Of a stretch of DNA of 25,722 nt, positions 20,879 to 25,722 are shown one piece after another. The notes under the pieces are model-generated. The model was not told the DNA's origin and searched no databases. It worked only from the letters and a program-made list of their open reading frames with translations. Where the stretch lies: the NCBI RefSeq assembly GCF_006345805.1, contig NW_021836007.1:1-25722 (forward strand). The letters run 5' to 3'. Origin of the DNA: Octopus sinensis. Taxonomy: Eukaryota. Made by a program: the position numbers and the translations under genes. How positions within the stretch are numbered: the stretch's first letter is position 1; every line of letters begins with the position of its first letter.

Positions 20879-21540
20879 CAGTCGCAACCAAATGTTAAAG
20901 GCACCGTATTTTTTGACTAAAAATCCATATTTGTGGCAAAATTTCAAAAAGTCTAAAAAATAAAATAATTTTTTAACTAAGATCGATAAGTTTGCAACAA
21001 TTATAAAAACGTCGATGAAATATTTCTGGCAATTTAAAAATAGAAAAAACAATCCGTCCATATATTGGAGGGACCTTTTTAAAAAACGCAAAAAATAAAT
21101 CTAATTTTATTTAATAGGTCAATATTTCGAAGTTCCGCCTTAATTCCTTACTACTAAATAAATTCTTTCCGGAATGAATTCAAAAAGTCATACAATGACG
21201 TCTTTTTCGATGTTATTCCATGCATTTTTTATCTCACTCCATAATCTCTGATTTGAGGACGCAATGACGTTTCTCATTCTATTTTTTAAACCCAATTTTT
21301 TCAAGGGGCATTCTGAGGGTTGGCCAATTTTATGCCTGCGTGATGGATCATCATGTGAGTCAAGTACATGTGTGTTGTTTATTTTAATCAAAATCCAGAA
21401 AATATATTTTTTAATTTTTTTTGGTGAGAAAGTTTTAAGAACCTCATCATCGACGATATTCTTGATATGTAAGTTTTTTGGGTAGAAGATTTTTGAAGGA
21501 CATCATCATTTTAGACTTGTTACCCATTATTGGCGAATTA
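20879..21540 (-). mobile_element. Degenerate Tc1 fragment (3' end)
   Basis: TIR-like CAGTCGCAACCAAATGTTAAAGGCACC at 20879. Minus-strand Tc1 C-terminus remnant ..LWSEIKNAWNNIEKDVIV*LFEFIPERIYLVVRN*GGTSKY*. The 5' part is missing. Confidence 0.65.
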
Positions 21541-21559
21541 TAAGGCGGAGGATTTTTAG

Positions 21560-21634
21560 ATTTTATCAGTAGTTTGCCAACTTGAAGTTGGTGTGCACAC
21601 ACAGACAGACACCATACCATTTTATTATTAAGAT
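21560..21634 (-). mobile_element. Possible non-autonomous Helitron (Lep1-like) 5' end
   Basis: The minus strand starts ATCTTAATAATAAAATGGTATGGTGTCTGTCTGTGTGT, the 'ATC..TAATA.TATAAA..(GTCT)n' layout of Lep1-type Helitrons. No 3' hairpin/CTRR identified. Confidence 0.4.
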
Positions 21635-21704
21635 AAGAAAAAGAGGATTAATCAAAATCAAAAAACATAATTATTAGTGAGGTTAATTAGATTAAGGAGA
21701 TTCA

Positions 21705-22236
21705 TTATAATCGAATATTGACACCAATTTTGTTTTCTGAATTCATAATATTCCAGATAGTCCTAAACGCAATTCTGGCGCCTCCGACCATTACATCGCT
21801 GTCGAAAAACTTCCAAGTAAGATGTAGATGCATCGGCTATATGATAAATATATCAAAAATACTATTGTAGGTATATTGGGAAGTATCTTTTTATAATTAA
21901 AAGAGATTTTATCTCCTTTCACAGGTGGACAATTTCCCAAAACATAATCACATGCATTGGAAATTGTAAAAATAGGAATGTGCGTTTTCGGATGAATGCT
22001 CTCGCTTTAAAATTGCTGATTGGCTCGGCTATAAATAAAATCGTATCTATACATATTGTTAGATTTATTTGTATCTCAAATTCTTTGCCTGCATATACAA
22101 TACATGAAGTCATGTTACAATTTTTCACATCAATGCCTGTTATTTTTATTTTTGCCAAATCCCCGTAATATTTTTCAAATGGTATTAGATCGCAAGTCAC
22201 ATTAGACAAAATAAAAATAAAAATTGTTATTATCAT
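21705..22236 (-). CDS. Secreted ML-domain (NPC2/MD-2-like lipid-binding) protein, about 160 aa, 2 tiny introns, one apparent -1 frameshift
   Basis: Signal peptide MIITIFIFILSNVTC, then DVKNCNMTSCIVYAGKEFEIQINL. 24-nt intron 22029-22052. Frame restored by adding one A in the A4 run 21985-21988 (IRKTHIPIF), then NACDYVLGNCPPVKG..YKKILP. 26-nt intron 21837-21862, then LHLTWKFFDSD; stop TAA 21705-21707. (532-50+1)/3 = 161 codons. Confidence 0.75.
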
Positions 22237-22422
22237 ATTTAATCACAGACGCTAACCTAATTATTTTAATGTTAATTTAATCAAACAAATTTTATTATTA
22301 AAAAACTAAAAAAAATTCTTTTAATTAAAAATTTTTTACTTGGAATCCGAGGGAAAATGAACAAAGCTGAAACTTAAAAGAATTAAAGAAAGGGAGCCAC
22401 CTGGAGTGGAGCATGCGACATA

Positions 22423-24062
22423 CAGTGGGGCAAAAAAGTCATGGCACCTTTGCAAATTTTGACTAAATTTAACAATTCTTTGCAAAAAAATTATTAAATA
22501 CATTACTTTAAAAAATAAATTAGTAATATAGAACTTTTTAGATAAATTATTAAAAAAACTATCTTAAAGGGAATTATTAATAGTGCACTAATTAACGATT
22601 TATTTTTAAAAGTCAATTTTTTGAGAGAAAAAAGTAATGGCACGAAATCCAATTAATATTTAGTTGCATTCCCTTTTGCTAGCAGAACTGCTTCCAATCG
22701 TTTTTTTAAGAAAAAATTAGTTTTTGACATTCTACTTTAGAAATATTTTTCTATTCTTCGTAGCAAATTGTTTTTAATTCCTGGATATTTTTTGGTTTTC
22801 TTAAGCCAACTTTTATTTTTAATATTTTCCATAAGTTTTCGATGGGATTCAGGTCTGGCGATTGACTTGGCCATTCCAAAACATTTATTTTGTTTTTTTC
22901 TAACCATTTAACGGTTACTTTTGACTTGTGCTTAGGATCGTTGTCATGCTGGAATGTCCAATGTTGTGTCAAATTTAAGTTCGCGACCGAAGGTAAAAGA
23001 CATTTTTCCAAAATTTCGCAATATTTAAGAGAATTCATCATTCCATCAATTACAAATAGTTCACCAACACCTGTTGATGAAAAACAACCTTACAACATGA
23101 TACTACCTCCCCCGTGCTTTACGGTAGGTACGGTGCATTTTGGGATATACGCCTGATTTGATTTGCCCCAAATTGAAAGCGTGTAGTTCAGTCCGAAAAG
23201 TTGTATTTTGATTCGTCCGACCACAAAATATTGTTTATGAATTCATTTTCTTTGTTCAAAAGATTTTTTGCATATTGGATTCACGCTGAAAGGTGTATTT
23301 TCTTTAATAACGGAACTCGACGGGGCCTTCGCTTATTGATACCTTCTTTGCGTAGTGTAGAAGTGATTGTACGAAGGGACACTGACGTTCCTGTGATTTT
23401 TAAATTATCGGCCAATTCTTTTCGAGTTATTTTTGGGTTTGAAGTAACTAATTTTTTCATTAATGAAGAAGAACGCAGAGATATCTTTTTTGGAGCACCC
23501 GATCTTGGTTTATTAATAACAGTTCCGCGTTGCTTCCATCGAGTAATAATATTTCGAACAGTACTTTTTGGTAATATCAACAATTTAGAAATCTCTCCAT
23601 AACTTTTACCGTTTTGCTGGGCAGTTACAACTCGTTGTTTTAGGTCTAAAGAATGCTCTTTCCTCATCGACGAGATAATTTTAATAAAAGGCGAAAAATA
23701 AAAGTATATTTATACTAATCGGAATCTACTAATCAATTATATTAATAGAACTAAGAATCAATTATTTCAAAGAAAAAACAAGGCACCAAAAGATAATCAT
23801 TTGTATTTTATTGTCAAAAAAATCCATATTTTTTGATAGTGTCATCACTTTTTTACACATCAAATTTGACGTTTTTCTAAATATGAAGCAAAAACAATTA
23901 TATTTATTTGAAATTCATGAATATAATTAGCACGAAATGGGTTCAAAAGAATGCAAGATTTTATTGTGTAGCATGATGAACTAAATCGAAAAAGTTATCA
24001 TTGTAAAAATATATTGAATTACAAAAAAATGATAGGTGTGCCATGACTTATTTGCTCCACTG
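22423..24062 (-). mobile_element. Full-length Tc1 (DD34E) transposon (1640 bp)
   Basis: TA TSD (22421-22422, 24063-24064); 25-bp TIRs CAGTGG(G/A)GCAAA(A/T)AAGTCATGGCAC with 2 mismatches. Confidence 0.93.
22653..23667 (-). pseudogene. Tc1 transposase pseudogene
   Basis: MRKEHSLDLK..PRSGAPKK; WSDE; HDNDPKH(34 aa)..PSQSPDLNPIE. Three in-frame stops (23281, ~23100, ~22751) and a frameshift near 23190. Confidence 0.92.
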
Positions 24063-24445
24063 TATCGTTAATAGATACCGAATCCTTGTTCATAGTGTCT
24101 GTAATCAAATTTTAGTTTATATTAATTGTTAATATTTTTGAAAAATCTAAATGCTTCATACACCCCTCGACAAAAAATTTGGTTGTTTAATCTTTCCTGC
24201 TTTTTTTCATTTAAAAACGAATAAATTCATACTTTAAGATCCTTTAGATCTTCTAAAATAATATTTATTTTGTATTTATAATTAAAATAGATTTAAATTT
24301 TAATATTGCAAGAAATTTAAAGCATGTCGGCAATTAGGTTAGTGACAAAAATTGGTTATAAAATTTAAACCGTCAAATTATGCTAGTATTTAGAGATTGA
24401 TCTTAATAAAAAAATATTTTTAGATATAATACTCTCGATTCGTTT

Positions 24446-25465
24446 ATGAAAGGGAAAATAATTGCGCTATACGACTTAAATATGTCATATATTAAAATTT
24501 CTAAAGAAACCGGTGTTCCATATTCAACAGTCGTAAATTTTATCAAGAAATACAATAAAACTGGATCATATGACCGCCAACATGGTTCTGGAAGACTATC
24601 AATTTTGAATAATGTGCAAATTAATCATTTGGTACGCACATCAGAGGAAAATTCATCTTTAACTGCTTCTGAACTCTCTAATGAAATAGAAAAGTTTTCT
24701 GGAACACGTGTCTCGTCTCGAACCATAATACGAAATTTAAATAAAAATTGAATTTTCGGAAGAATTGCAAAGAAAAAACCACTTCTAACAAAAAAACACA
24801 TGGTTTCCAGATTCGAGATCGTCCAAAAATTTCTTCAAATTTCAGACCATGATTTTAGATCAATAATCTTTTCTGATGAATGTATTTTTGAATTATTACC
24901 GATCCAAAAAAGAAAAATTGTGTATAGAAAAAAATTTGAAATGAATAAATTCGAAAATATTACTCCAACTGTCAAATTTGGAAAAGGTAAATTATGATGT
25001 AATAAAAAATTAGGGAAAGTCATGGGGTGGGGTTGTTTTTCCTATCATGGGGTAGGCGATTTGGTATTTATAGACAAAACGCTTAATTCTGCAAAATATC
25101 AATCTATTTTGACCAATAATTTGCCATTTTCTGTACAAAAAATGGGGATTGTTGACTATATTTTTCAACAAGACAACGCTCCCTGCCATACATCAAAAAT
25201 GATTATTCAATATTTTCGCGAAAAAAATATTAAAAAATTAGAATGGCCTTCGCAATCTCCGGATTTAAATCCGATAGAGCATTTGTGGGCTTATATGAAG
25301 GTTCAAATTAGGCAAAGAAAAAATGAGAACATTCAGGCACTGAAGGAAAATCTATTAGATATTTGGAATTCTATTCCATCAAAAACACTTGAAAAATTAG
25401 TTGAGTCAATGAAAAAAAGGTGTTGGGAGATCTATTCGGCAAAAGGAGGTTATTCTACATATTAA
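24446..25465 (+). pseudogene. Near-intact Tc1 transposase with one nonsense codon and a 27-nt intron
   Basis: The three ORF-track pieces share one frame. TGA at 24749-24751 replaces an expected Gly; the second 'stop' lies inside a GT-AG intron at 24987-25013. FSDE, QDNAPCH(34 aa)..SPDLNPIE, and terminal KGGYSTY are present. Confidence 0.9.
24987..25013 (+). other. 27-nt spliceosomal intron inside a Tc1 transposase
   Basis: AAAG|GTAAATTATGATGTAATAAAAAATTAG|GGAAA; removal gives TVKFGKGKVMGWGCF, matching the Tc1 consensus TVKxGGGxVMVWGCF with no extra residues. Confidence 0.8.
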
Positions 25466-25722
25466 TCTAACAATAACCAAATTTTATGCCAATGAAAGTC
25501 GTTGTTTTTTCCAAATTTCTTAGACAAAATTTCAAAATTTAAATAATTAAATTAATTTTTATCAATTTTATCAGATTTTAAAATATATCTGAAGAAAAAA
25601 TTAAATCATTCTTTGTATGAATGAAGTAAGTTGAAGATTCACCAATATTTATGTCGAGGGGTGTAATTTATGAAAATGTCAAAACAAGAATCTTCTGAAG
25701 GAGCAAGCCTGTCTGCACAGTT

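Larger units (their letters stand above)
24161..25663 (+). mobile_element. Full-length Tc1 (DD34E) transposon (1503 bp)
   Basis: TA TSD (24159-24160, 25664-25665); 23-bp TIRs CACCCCTCGACA..TTGGT (20/23 match). Confidence 0.92.

Noticed and set aside
25670-25722. Open frame MKMSKQESSEGASLSAQ starting 6 nt after the Tc1 end
   Set aside because: Only 17 codons before the window ends; it cannot be supported without downstream sequence.
1-25722. CRISPR arrays, rRNA, tRNA or prokaryotic operons
   Set aside because: None seen; all repeats are TIRs, TSDs or subterminal TE motifs in eukaryotic DNA.

Overview
Eukaryotic (animal-like) genomic DNA. The window is dominated by a full-length axonemal inner-arm dynein heavy chain gene (DNAH6 orthologue, minus strand, about 4995-18355). 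Manual parsing splits it into 67 exons by 66 miniature spliceosomal introns of 21-30 nt (49 are 23-25 nt; 3 are GC-AG), which explains the fragmented ORF track. The spliced model gives about 3916 aa once five single-base homopolymer deletions, probably long-read errors, are restored. The intron size, an animal-type DNAH6 and the standard genetic code point to a dicyemid mesozoan or a similarly intron-miniaturised lineage (inference only). The AT-rich flanks are a nest of transposons: several hAT elements (TIRs, 8-bp TSDs), a pogo/Tigger element split by a hAT, three Tc1 (DD34E) copies, a LINE RT fragment, and possible piggyBac and Helitron ends. They also hold a small ML/NPC2-like gene and a G-beta-like gene relic, both with tiny introns. 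The most unusual detail is a near-intact Tc1 transposase carrying its own host-sized 27-nt intron. All counts were made by hand.
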